Virus record (IMG/VR): IMGVR_UViG_3300044959_000131
Coordinates: 64,001 to 128,000 of that record
Direction: 5' to 3' (one strand)
DNA from: a virus
Length of the DNA: 64,000 nucleotides
A program made the position numbers and the translations under genes. The notes below the pieces were generated by a model. The model was given only the letters and a program-made list of their open reading frames with translations. It did not search any database and had not been told where the DNA came from. Shown piece by piece: positions 34,668-42,995 of the stretch; within the stretch, counting starts at the first letter, position 1; every line of letters begins with the position of its first letter.

Positions 34668-36716
34668 ATGCGTCCACTCTTCCTCGACAAGCTACAAGAG
34701 ACCGTAAACGAGTTCCGAAAAGAGTCTGGGTACATTTACCGTCTCTCTGAGGTTCCCGATAACTGGGCTCAAGAGATCGGTAGTGAGCTTTACAAGCAGC
34801 TGCCGTTCCTCTCGGACTACGAGGTCAACGTATCTATCGATAAGAAAGACCCGGGTCGTGGCTTCGCATTCGGCTACGCCGATGTGTCAAACAAAACCGA
34901 GCGCCCAGAAGTTGAGCACGAGGAAGCTGGTATTCCACATATCAGGATTCCAATCATCGCTGAGGAGCGTCAGCTCCGTCCGTTCTCTGTGTTCCTTGAC
35001 GGGGAACGTGTTCTACCGATGACTGAAGAGCGTGTCCGTGAGGCGCTCTTCAACCCGGCAACATTCGATCTATCAAACTCGGTTCCGAGGGACCCAAGCC
35101 TCGTCGAGCCACTCATGCCTCCTCAACGCTCAGGTATCGGGTTGGGAGGCGAGTATAAGATGGCCTCTATTGCACCGAAGTTAGGGTCGATTGATTCCTC
35201 AAAAAATCTCAGGTCGTCGACTATTTCTCACGGTTCCAATAAGACAGCTTCTCTCCTTCAAGCTATCGCTCCAACGATTCGCGAGTCAGACCGCGACAGA
35301 TTCGTCGAGAAGGTCGCTTCAGACCCGACCATCAGAGCCGGCTTTCGAAGGTCTGGTATAGCGGAACTTCTTATCGATGTCATGGACACGAAGCTTGCGT
35401 CCGAGAGCGATAGACTTTCCGCCCTCGCAGATATCATCGAGCCGTCGGTTGTGACTTTACAAAAGCTTCCAGGTGGGGACTTCATTGTGAAGTCCGCGAA
35501 CGTGAATGCCTTTGTTGGTGGCGATCAAGCTGCTGGTCAAGTGGTTCCTTTCGATGAAGTCGCGGAGGCCATAGGAAGAGACGCCGCCAAGTCTCTTCAA
35601 CCTGGACAGATAGCGACAGTTGTGTCAGACCCTGTTCAGATTGATGGAGATGACGCAAACGCCGTCTCTGACGTTTCTGAATTCGGGACATACAAAGTAC
35701 AAGATTCCAACGGAAAGCAGATGGAGGGGTGGGTATTTCCAGAACTCTTGAACTGGGACAAAGATTTCACTCCCCAGAAGACACGACTCTTTCTCAATGG
35801 AAATGTGCACTCTATTCAAGATAGCATCGTTGGAGAGAGGGTCGGCTCATCGTCCCGTATTCCAGAAGACATTCCAAAAGGAGAAGGTGTATTTCGGCCT
35901 GCTGACGGTCGTGTAGCCACGGCTCCCATTACAATTCAGTACGGAACAACGAATTCACAAGGCATCCACACATACGTTGGCACTGACTCTTTTGGGAACG
36001 AGATCAGGGTATCGTTGGTGCCACACCTAAAGAAACCGCAGCGCATCTCTGACAACGAGTTTGCTTTGCCGAAGGATTGGGGCTTCACGAGACTGAATAA
36101 GAGGGTAAAGCTTGTCTCGAATGAGAACGCTTTTGGCCTCTCCAAGAAAGTCAGCAAGGAAAAGACTTCCGCCACCCTCTTCTATAACGGCTCGTTCAAC
36201 ATAACTGGCGGCTGTGGCTTGGACAAGATCTCATCCGACCTCAGATATGACCTGGATGCCGTCGGAGCCGAGTTCATCTTAGGACTACTCGGTGTCGACG
36301 GCGTGACGGCAAAGCAGAAAGTTGCAGAAGCCCGCAAAGTCGGATTCGTCAAGCTGTCCGGTCTACGAACCATCAGGACTCTTTCCGAGCGTTATCAGCA
36401 AGCAGTCAAAGAAGCTTCGGCCTTCCTGCACAAAATCCCAGACTTGAGGAGAGATCTAATCAAAGAGGCGGCCGCAATCGAGGATCAAGGAACTGTCGAT
36501 AAGGTCTTGGCGCTCAACTTCATCAATCCGGAGAACCTGTCTACGTTCATCGAATACCTGCCAGAGCTTGAGCAGACAAGCGAAAGAATGGCAGAGATGG
36601 TGTTGGCTGGTTACCTCGGGATGAAAGAAATCCCTCTTGGTGCAGTAGAACGCTCAATGCGAAACATGGAAGAAGTAATTCAAGGTCTCAAAGCAATCCA
36701 GCATTCTCACGATTGA
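34668..36716 (+). CDS. Probable virion structural protein (682 aa) with many K-x-A motifs
   Basis: GAGGAG site; KMAS, KTAS, KVAS, KLAS, KSAN, KEAS and KEAA. Confidence 0.8.
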   Translation: MRPLFLDKLQETVNEFRKESGYIYRLSEVPDNWAQEIGSELYKQLPFLSDYEVNVSIDKKDPGRGFAFGYADVSNKTERPEVEHEEAGIPHIRIPIIAEERQLRPFSVFLDGERVLPMTEERVREALFNPATFDLSNSVPRDPSLVEPLMPPQRSGIGLGGEYKMASIAPKLGSIDSSKNLRSSTISHGSNKTASLLQAIAPTIRESDRDRFVEKVASDPTIRAGFRRSGIAELLIDVMDTKLASESDRLSALADIIEPSVVTLQKLPGGDFIVKSANVNAFVGGDQAAGQVVPFDEVAEAIGRDAAKSLQPGQIATVVSDPVQIDGDDANAVSDVSEFGTYKVQDSNGKQMEGWVFPELLNWDKDFTPQKTRLFLNGNVHSIQDSIVGERVGSSSRIPEDIPKGEGVFRPADGRVATAPITIQYGTTNSQGIHTYVGTDSFGNEIRVSLVPHLKKPQRISDNEFALPKDWGFTRLNKRVKLVSNENAFGLSKKVSKEKTSATLFYNGSFNITGGCGLDKISSDLRYDLDAVGAEFILGLLGVDGVTAKQKVAEARKVGFVKLSGLRTIRTLSERYQQAVKEASAFLHKIPDLRRDLIKEAAAIEDQGTVDKVLALNFINPENLSTFIEYLPELEQTSERMAEMVLAGYLGMKEIPLGAVERSMRNMEEVIQGLKAIQHSHD

Positions 36717-36756
36717 CTAGGAAATAGACGTAACACAAACTTAAAGGAGAAAAACA

Positions 36757-37836
36757 ATGCTCAAGCCGAAGCACCTCACACACCTCATTCTCCCTACCGT
36801 AGGTGCTGTCGGTGGTGGACTATCCTCACATCATATAGCCAAGAAGAAGATTGAGAGTTCCCCTAAGTTTAAAAAGCAGCTCGAGTCTAGACCAGGAGGG
36901 TCCAAAAAGTACATCGCGTCGAAGACTATAAGAGGTGCTCTTGGTGGATTGGGTATTGGAGCTGGCACTGAGCTATCTCGTTCCTTGTATGGTCTACGAA
37001 AGTCTCTCATCAGAACAGCAGTTCCAAAGGCTAGAGTTACAAAGGATAGATTCGGAAAGGCGAAATCAGTCATTCCAGTTCCAGATTGGTTGAAGGGAGT
37101 AACGACAAAGGCAGAAGCTAAGAAGAAGTACCGAGAGATGGCAAAGAAGTACCACCCAGATCGTAACCCTGGTGACAAGAGTGCCGAAGAGAGGTTCAAG
37201 GATATTGCGAGTCAGTGGAAGAGTTTCACAGAGAGTGATGAATTCAAAAAGCTCGGCTCTTCTATGTACGCGATCATGAAGCACATTTCTGGTGGACCCA
37301 TCATGAAGAACATCTCTCATGGTGGTTCTAAGGGACCTACAGAAGCAGCTGCACAAGTCGCGTCTGTAGCAGCAAAGTCCAAAGAGATGAACAAACTGAA
37401 AAAGTTCTTCTGGAGAAACTTTCGCAAACGCAGGTTGAAATACTATATTGGACGTCCTCTACTCAGCGTACCAATTGCTGCATCCACAGCTGGTGGTGCC
37501 GTTTTAAAAGGTATACAATCGATCACGCCAGAGGATCGTAAGAAGAAGCGTGCACTTAAGGCTTTTGGGAAAGGCGCTATCGAAGGTGCGGCTATTGGTG
37601 GACTAGGTGGTCTTGCAATTGGAGGGGTTCTACATCAAGGTCATAGACTATTACGTCACAGCATTCGTGATTCGTATCGAAATCTGAAAAAAGCTATCAA
37701 CTTTAGGGAGAGGTATATTCAAGACATGAGAAGTAGAGGACAGAGCGTACCGACTAGTGAGCTCTCCGGCCTAGATGCTGATAAGAAACGGTTAGAACGC
37801 CTAAAGAAAATCCTCTTTCCAAAGAGTAAAGAATAA
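36757..37836 (+). CDS. J-domain (DnaJ-like) protein flanked by glycine-zipper hydrophobic segments
   Basis: AEAKKKYREMAKKYHPDRNPGDKSAEERFKDI with intact HPD; AAGGAG site. Confidence 0.85.
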   Translation: MLKPKHLTHLILPTVGAVGGGLSSHHIAKKKIESSPKFKKQLESRPGGSKKYIASKTIRGALGGLGIGAGTELSRSLYGLRKSLIRTAVPKARVTKDRFGKAKSVIPVPDWLKGVTTKAEAKKKYREMAKKYHPDRNPGDKSAEERFKDIASQWKSFTESDEFKKLGSSMYAIMKHISGGPIMKNISHGGSKGPTEAAAQVASVAAKSKEMNKLKKFFWRNFRKRRLKYYIGRPLLSVPIAASTAGGAVLKGIQSITPEDRKKKRALKAFGKGAIEGAAIGGLGGLAIGGVLHQGHRLLRHSIRDSYRNLKKAINFRERYIQDMRSRGQSVPTSELSGLDADKKRLERLKKILFPKSKE

Positions 37837-37838
37837 GT

Positions 37839-38696
37839 ATGAAACATCCAGCCGAGACATTCATCAAGTACCTCCTCATCAAGGATAAAGATGTCACGGA
37901 TGCAGAGGTGCTTAAAACGTTGCAGGACTGGGGATTCCTCTCTCCACACGACAACTATCTTGGATTCTTGAGGCAGAAGATTTCGAATGTCCCTGCTAAC
38001 TTCGACCCTACGAACCGTTTGAGCCGAACATCAATGAACTATCTCCGCGAGCACGGGGTGTTCGAGCTCTTTTTCCCGACGGCGGCGACTCACGAGGCTT
38101 GGGACATTCTCGGCGACCCATTCAAGAGACTCCAGGTCGAGCAGGTTCTTCTTGCTCGACTCGACCGTAAATCGGTAGCAGCACGACTCAACAAGAAGTA
38201 CAACTGGCACCTCACGGCCGAAGGCCTCTCTGCATTTCACGACTTCTTCTGGAACGTGAAGTCGATGTCATGGGATGAGTGGGGACGGTTCCTATTTGGC
38301 CGATCAATGATGTACGAGAGGTACCTTGGTCTGTTACAGGCGTCCCCTCAGCTTGCGTTTTTCCATCTCAGGCTTGAGCAGACGATCGAGTCGAAGGACA
38401 TGATCAAACGTGCTCAAGAGATTGCTTACTTCACTCTCGAGGAAGTCAGTCAAAAGCCAGGAACCGGGCCGGACAAGGTGAAGGCCATCGGTGTTCTCGG
38501 AAAGACAATCGTTGAATGTCACGAAGCCCTCTCGACTTCGGACATGGCTCTCAAAGACATTCTCAAGAACTTCGAGAGATTCCGTATGGAGCACCCACAG
38601 GTACAGCCACCAGACATCAAGTCGCTTGCTCCTAGAGGCAACTTCAGTGGTAGTGGGGTTGAGGAGAAGACGAGGAATACGAATTCTGAGTCATAG
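37839..38696 (+). CDS. Hypothetical protein (285 aa)
   Basis: Operon-packed helical ORF. Confidence 0.8.
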   Translation: MKHPAETFIKYLLIKDKDVTDAEVLKTLQDWGFLSPHDNYLGFLRQKISNVPANFDPTNRLSRTSMNYLREHGVFELFFPTAATHEAWDILGDPFKRLQVEQVLLARLDRKSVAARLNKKYNWHLTAEGLSAFHDFFWNVKSMSWDEWGRFLFGRSMMYERYLGLLQASPQLAFFHLRLEQTIESKDMIKRAQEIAYFTLEEVSQKPGTGPDKVKAIGVLGKTIVECHEALSTSDMALKDILKNFERFRMEHPQVQPPDIKSLAPRGNFSGSGVEEKTRNTNSES

Positions 38697-38723
38697 TCCC
38701 ACTGTATTGAAAATGGTCGTCCT

Positions 38724-39842
38724 ATGCCTTTCAAGTCCGAAGCTCAAAGAAGAAAGTTTCACGCCATGGCGGCTCGAGGAGAAATATCCGAGAGCAAGGT
38801 CAGAGAGTGGGAACATGAGACACCGAACAAAGACAGTCTTCCTTACCGCGTGAAATCTGCAAGCCTGTTCGTGCCAACTCATATATCAGCAGGTTTGTCT
38901 TTTAAGACGATTGGTAGGTCTCATGGTAAGCACGCACTCCACTCAGCTAAGAAAAGGATGAGAAAGGCCATGAACAAAGAGTCAGGTGCTATCGAATTGA
39001 TTACACTAAACTCGTTTGTCAACGAGCTCGAGAAAATATCATCCAACTATTTTCCTTCTCCTGTTTCTGCTTCGGTATCTGCACGTAGAGCCGTTAGAGC
39101 AAGGGTTGCTGCGGCAGCTAGAGCTGCAGAGGAAAAGAGGAAAGCTTTAGAGGCTGCCTCTCGAGCCAAGTACAAAAACGCACCTGGCGACTTAGAGGTG
39201 GATAGGCTCAATAGGCGTCGTGATAGAGCCGCCGCCCGTGGAAGTACCACGAATCCGGCACCGCAACCAGCACAGAACGCTCCAAACACGAAGCCGCCAG
39301 AACCACCAAAACCAACGGCAGCTACTCAACCAGCAGCTAATAAACCAGCATCTACTCAACCAGCAGCTAATAAACCAGCATCTACTCAACCAGCAGATAC
39401 TCAATCGGCAGGTAAACAATCTGAGCCATCGACAAGCGGATCATCAATGAGCTCGGCGGCGAAATGGGGGCTAGGAGGCCTTGCAGCTGGTGTAGCAACT
39501 GGTGTAATTGGAACAAAGATGCTGGAGAAGAAATTGAAAAGAAATGATGAGTCGTCTTTAGACAAGACTTCCATGCCATTTCTCAAGCAGGACCGTCCTG
39601 CGAAGGTGAAGGAAATCTACAAGGCACTCAAGCGCGACCATCCAAACATGCCAGCAGAAGTCAAAGCTCGTATCGCGGCTCGGAAAGGCAAGAAGAGCCC
39701 AGAGTCAAGGAAACCTCCAGAGACCGGAGGTCCGGCATACAAGGCTCCTCTTCACTACGAGTACAAAGACGGTAAGTACAAGGCAGCAATGTATAGAGCC
39801 ATCCAGAACCTGAAGCGATCGCTTGGAGAGGTATACTGGTGA
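38724..39842 (+). CDS. Modular basic head-associated protein, possible polyprotein
   Basis: Starts MPFKSEAQRRK; contains FVNELEKISS, a Pro/Ala linker, a Gly-rich hydrophobic segment and a second MPFLKQDRP module after DKTS. Confidence 0.75.
   Translation: MPFKSEAQRRKFHAMAARGEISESKVREWEHETPNKDSLPYRVKSASLFVPTHISAGLSFKTIGRSHGKHALHSAKKRMRKAMNKESGAIELITLNSFVNELEKISSNYFPSPVSASVSARRAVRARVAAAARAAEEKRKALEAASRAKYKNAPGDLEVDRLNRRRDRAAARGSTTNPAPQPAQNAPNTKPPEPPKPTAATQPAANKPASTQPAANKPASTQPADTQSAGKQSEPSTSGSSMSSAAKWGLGGLAAGVATGVIGTKMLEKKLKRNDESSLDKTSMPFLKQDRPAKVKEIYKALKRDHPNMPAEVKARIAARKGKKSPESRKPPETGGPAYKAPLHYEYKDGKYKAAMYRAIQNLKRSLGEVYW
39322..39396 (+). repeat. 30-bp tandem repeat x2.5 in coding sequence (TQPAANKPAS)
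   Basis: CTACTCAACCAGCAGCTAATAAACCAGCAT twice plus a 15-nt partial copy. Confidence 0.9.
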
Positions 39843-39845
39843 AAG

Positions 39846-41276
39846 ATGTCTCTATCTGCCAGAGACTTCATCCTTCAGAAGCTGGCTGAGTACGCTCCTG
39901 GAATCCCAGACAAGGAGACTGCTCACCCTCTTCCAAAGATTGATAAGCCAACGACGTGGGAGTTTGGTCTCCACGAACACCACGCCGAGAAGAGAGGTCT
40001 GCACTACGACCTACGACTCGGTGACCCGAGAAGCGGTCATGCCCATTCCTGGGCGCTCCCAGCAAAATGGCCCGGCCCCGGAGAGCACATCTGGGCCATT
40101 CAGCAGCCGACTCATACCGTCAGGTACATGGATTTTGAGGGACATATTCCGAGCGGATACGGTGCTGGGAAGGTCGTCCTCAAGGACCGAGACAAGATCG
40201 AGGTGACGAAGGCAGAGCCTGGGTACATCTCCTTCAACATCTATCGTGGAACGGGCCCTGAGGAATACTCTCTCCGTCACATCGGAGGAAAGGTCTGGCG
40301 TTTTGTGAACAAGACTATTCATAGGGAGAAGCACCAGCATATACCTGAAAAGAAGCCGGATTACAAGGAGGTTCCTGTTTCGAAGGTTCCTATAGATGAC
40401 CCTCGCTATGTGATGTCGGCAAAGATTGATGACGCTCACAACATCTTCTACTTCCCGAAGGCTGGTGAGCAGGTAAGGGTCATATCTTACAGGAAGTCAA
40501 AACGAGCCCCAGGCGGGTTCATCGAGCATACCCACAAAGTTGATGGTATTTTTGGTAAAGAGACTCCAAAGGAACTGGCCAACACAGTTGCCAGAGGTGG
40601 TCTCTACGCAATCAATCCGAATACTGGACGTGCCACTGAGGCTAACATAATTGGCGGGATGCTTAATTCAAACGTCTGGAAGTCTCGTGAGAAGCAAAAG
40701 GATTTTGGAAAACTCGTACCTGTTCTCTATGACATAGACATCTTCAGGGGCAAGGATCTTTCAAAGGCGCCGTACAGGGAAAAGCTCATGGCTCTGAAAC
40801 AGATTCAGAGAGCCATGCCTGGTGTGTTTGAACTCCCAGATATGGCGTTCACCGTCGAGGAGAAGAAGAAGCTCCTTGAGGACATAAAGAATAAGAAGCA
40901 CCCACAGACAGAAGAGGGAGTCGTTCTGTGGAACGCCGTCAAGAGCGAGCCTCCAATAAAGGCCAAGTTCCGCACTGAAAGAGATGTCATCATCAGGGGT
41001 TTCTTTCCTGGAGAAGGACAGCACAAGGGTAAAGGAGTTGGAGGGTTTGTCTACTCGATGACGAAGGACGGACCAATTGTCGGGAGAGTCGGCACTGGTC
41101 TGTCTCACGCTCAGAGACGGGACATGTACAAGAACCCGGAGAAGTACATAGGACTCGTAGCAACTATTGGGTCTCAAGGAGAATTCAAGAGTAAAGCCCT
41201 CAGAGCACCAAGTTTTCTACGATTCCACCTTGACAAGAATCCTCAGTCTCGATTGGACCAGATTCAACTGTCGTAG
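39846..41276 (+). CDS. LigD-type 3'-phosphoesterase domain fused to an ATP-dependent DNA ligase domain
   Basis: PE domain: HHA...LHYDLRL, SWALP, MDFEGHIPSGYGAG. Ligase: SAKIDD, RGGLY, YDI, EEGVV, IKAK and OB-fold VGTGLS...LRAPSF. Confidence 0.85.
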   Translation: MSLSARDFILQKLAEYAPGIPDKETAHPLPKIDKPTTWEFGLHEHHAEKRGLHYDLRLGDPRSGHAHSWALPAKWPGPGEHIWAIQQPTHTVRYMDFEGHIPSGYGAGKVVLKDRDKIEVTKAEPGYISFNIYRGTGPEEYSLRHIGGKVWRFVNKTIHREKHQHIPEKKPDYKEVPVSKVPIDDPRYVMSAKIDDAHNIFYFPKAGEQVRVISYRKSKRAPGGFIEHTHKVDGIFGKETPKELANTVARGGLYAINPNTGRATEANIIGGMLNSNVWKSREKQKDFGKLVPVLYDIDIFRGKDLSKAPYREKLMALKQIQRAMPGVFELPDMAFTVEEKKKLLEDIKNKKHPQTEEGVVLWNAVKSEPPIKAKFRTERDVIIRGFFPGEGQHKGKGVGGFVYSMTKDGPIVGRVGTGLSHAQRRDMYKNPEKYIGLVATIGSQGEFKSKALRAPSFLRFHLDKNPQSRLDQIQLS

Positions 41277-41285
41277 AAGAGTCTA

Positions 41286-41768
41286 TTGGAGGCGTCCATG
41301 CCGTGGATTGTGAGAGATACAAATTCGAATCGTGATTCTGCCGTCGATGGGTCGGTAGATGCGAAGTCTTTCGAGAACACAAAATCGGAGCTCTTGCCAA
41401 TTGCTCATAAAGAATCGTTGACAGGTGCGAAGACAATTCAGCCCATCGATTTTCAGCCCGTGAAAAGTCCTGGAAACTACGAGGCTGAGTTTGCAGTAAA
41501 GGGCGAGGATGTCATTTTCCATTTCTGGCCGTGGGGATATCACGAAGCAGAACGTCGGGGTGTAGCTCTTCCTCGATTCAAAAAGAACTTTGCAGAGAAA
41601 CTCAACTCTTCAATGGCCAAAACATTTGGTCAGCACCGAATACAGATTTCCGAAGACCCTGATATGGGTGCTTTCTTTGTCAAAGCCGTTGGATTCGGAA
41701 TCAATCAGTTCCACCGAGAGCTTTGCATTGAAGCATGTGAGAACCTTCACAATGAGTTTGAGGGTTAA
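41286..41768 (+). CDS. Hypothetical protein (160 aa)
   Basis: GGAGG site before ATG 41298; ends at a convergent junction. Confidence 0.7.
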   Translation: MEASMPWIVRDTNSNRDSAVDGSVDAKSFENTKSELLPIAHKESLTGAKTIQPIDFQPVKSPGNYEAEFAVKGEDVIFHFWPWGYHEAERRGVALPRFKKNFAEKLNSSMAKTFGQHRIQISEDPDMGAFFVKAVGFGINQFHRELCIEACENLHNEFEG

Positions 41769-41791
41769 GAAAGGGGGTCAAGCCCCTTCCC

Positions 41792-42115
41792 TCAAACTAC
41801 CCTTTCAGACAGCTCCACATACATTTGATAGAGCTCGTCAAGGTCCTGCTTTATCCCATTCACAGTGTCAACAGCGTTTTTGAGATCGACGTGTAACTGC
41901 CTGACTTGGCATCTCAGAATGTAGAGCTGTCGAATGACTTGTCTGTTAACGTAGCAGAAGCAATCTTGGCAGACAGCGGCAGGTTTCGAGAACCCATTCC
42001 ACAAAGACATTCGAACCTTGAGTGATGAGTCGCACACTACACATGGGATCAATGCGACTTCATCTGATGAGAAATTTCCTGCAGTATCTTTTCCTGTGCA
42101 CGTAATTGATAGCAT
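41792..42115 (-). CDS. Zinc-finger plus coiled-coil hypothetical protein
   Basis: CVVC...CQDC followed by heptads; 56-nt overlap with the RNase HII gene. Confidence 0.6.
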   Translation of the reverse strand: MLSITCTGKDTAGNFSSDEVALIPCVVCDSSLKVRMSLWNGFSKPAAVCQDCFCYVNRQVIRQLYILRCQVRQLHVDLKNAVDTVNGIKQDLDELYQMYVELSERVV

Positions 42116-42668
42116 CTTCCGAACTTGAAATTACGAGGCCGTACTTCCTTATGGCCTGTTCATGGTCTTTTGACCCATAGCCCTTATTCTTGTCCCATCC
42201 GTACTTCGGGTGTTTCTTTGACATCTGGGACATGAGCCTATCCCTCCATACCTTGGCGATGATGGAGGCAGCGGATACGTAGACGTACTTCAGGTCAGCC
42301 TTTGGCTCTACAATCTGGTTCCCAGTCCATGCTTGCACTTTGTGATTTCCATCAACGTAGAGAATTGTCGGCTTGCAGACGACGAGGTCATCAAGTGCCC
42401 GTTTGTAAGAAATCTGTAGGGCTTGTGATGGGCCCATCTTGTCTATTTCCCATGGCCAAGCGTGACCGAGTCCGACATCTAAAGATGCGGCTACTATGGA
42501 CTCGTATAGAGACTCCATCTTTTTAGACGTGAGCTTCTTTGAGTCTGTCACTCCGGGTGGTAAAAACTTGAGGTCTTTTTCCCGGAAGACGGCAACAGCG
42601 GAGATGTACGGTCCTGCCCACGCACCGTATCCAACTTCGTCGATGCCTCCGTATATGACTGACGGCAT
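42060..42668 (-). CDS. rnhB: Ribonuclease HII
   Basis: GIDEVGYGAWAGP, DSKKL, VDGN, KAD, AASIIAKVWRD and NKGYG. Confidence 0.93.
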   Translation of the reverse strand: MPSVIYGGIDEVGYGAWAGPYISAVAVFREKDLKFLPPGVTDSKKLTSKKMESLYESIVAASLDVGLGHAWPWEIDKMGPSQALQISYKRALDDLVVCKPTILYVDGNHKVQAWTGNQIVEPKADLKYVYVSAASIIAKVWRDRLMSQMSKKHPKYGWDKNKGYGSKDHEQAIRKYGLVISSSEDAINYVHRKRYCRKFLIR

Positions 42669-42688
42669 TCGTTAATCGCCTCTATTAT

Positions 42689-42698
42689 CTTATGCCGC
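42689..42698 (-). promoter_or_regulatory. GCGGCATAAG, variant of the recurring motif
   Basis: 8/10 match, 21 nt upstream of the rnhB ATG, overlapping the upstream TAA. Confidence 0.4.
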
Positions 42699-42995
42699 TG
42701 GATGTTCATCTCTTGGAAGTCCGAGCCTTCGTTTGATGATCACCTTCGTGGTCATTGAGGTTCCTTCGGACTCGACTTTTCCTTGTGGAACGGTATCGTT
42801 CTTCGCGGCATACTGCTGAAAGAGATTCCAGGTGAGCAGCATCCTTTTGCCTGATATAGGTTCACCAAATCTGAACTTGACGATGTACACCAATGGATTG
42901 ACAGTGGTTTGAAGTTCGAATGAAACACTCGTTCCAAGGGCTCCTTCCATTGAATGGCAAAATGATTTGAGCCAAGCGAGTGGTGGCGGTATCAT
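42690..42995 (-). CDS. Hypothetical protein (up to 101 aa)
   Basis: Fills the gap between rnhB and terminase; start uncertain (42995 or 42950). Confidence 0.55.
   Translation of the reverse strand: MIPPPLAWLKSFCHSMEGALGTSVSFELQTTVNPLVYIVKFRFGEPISGKRMLLTWNLFQQYAAKNDTVPQGKVESEGTSMTTKVIIKRRLGLPRDEHPAA

Noticed and set aside
39322-39396. Tandem repeats as CRISPR or origin iterons
   Set aside because: Unit length is a multiple of three, there are no spacers, and they are in frame in a Pro/Ala linker.
39846-41276. Complete bacterial NHEJ (Ku-LigD) system
   Set aside because: No Ku-like gene or primase-polymerase domain in the window.
41769-41790. Terminator at the convergent junction after 41768
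   Set aside because: Only a 6-bp stem (AAGGGG/CCCCTT) with a short T-run; too weak to call.
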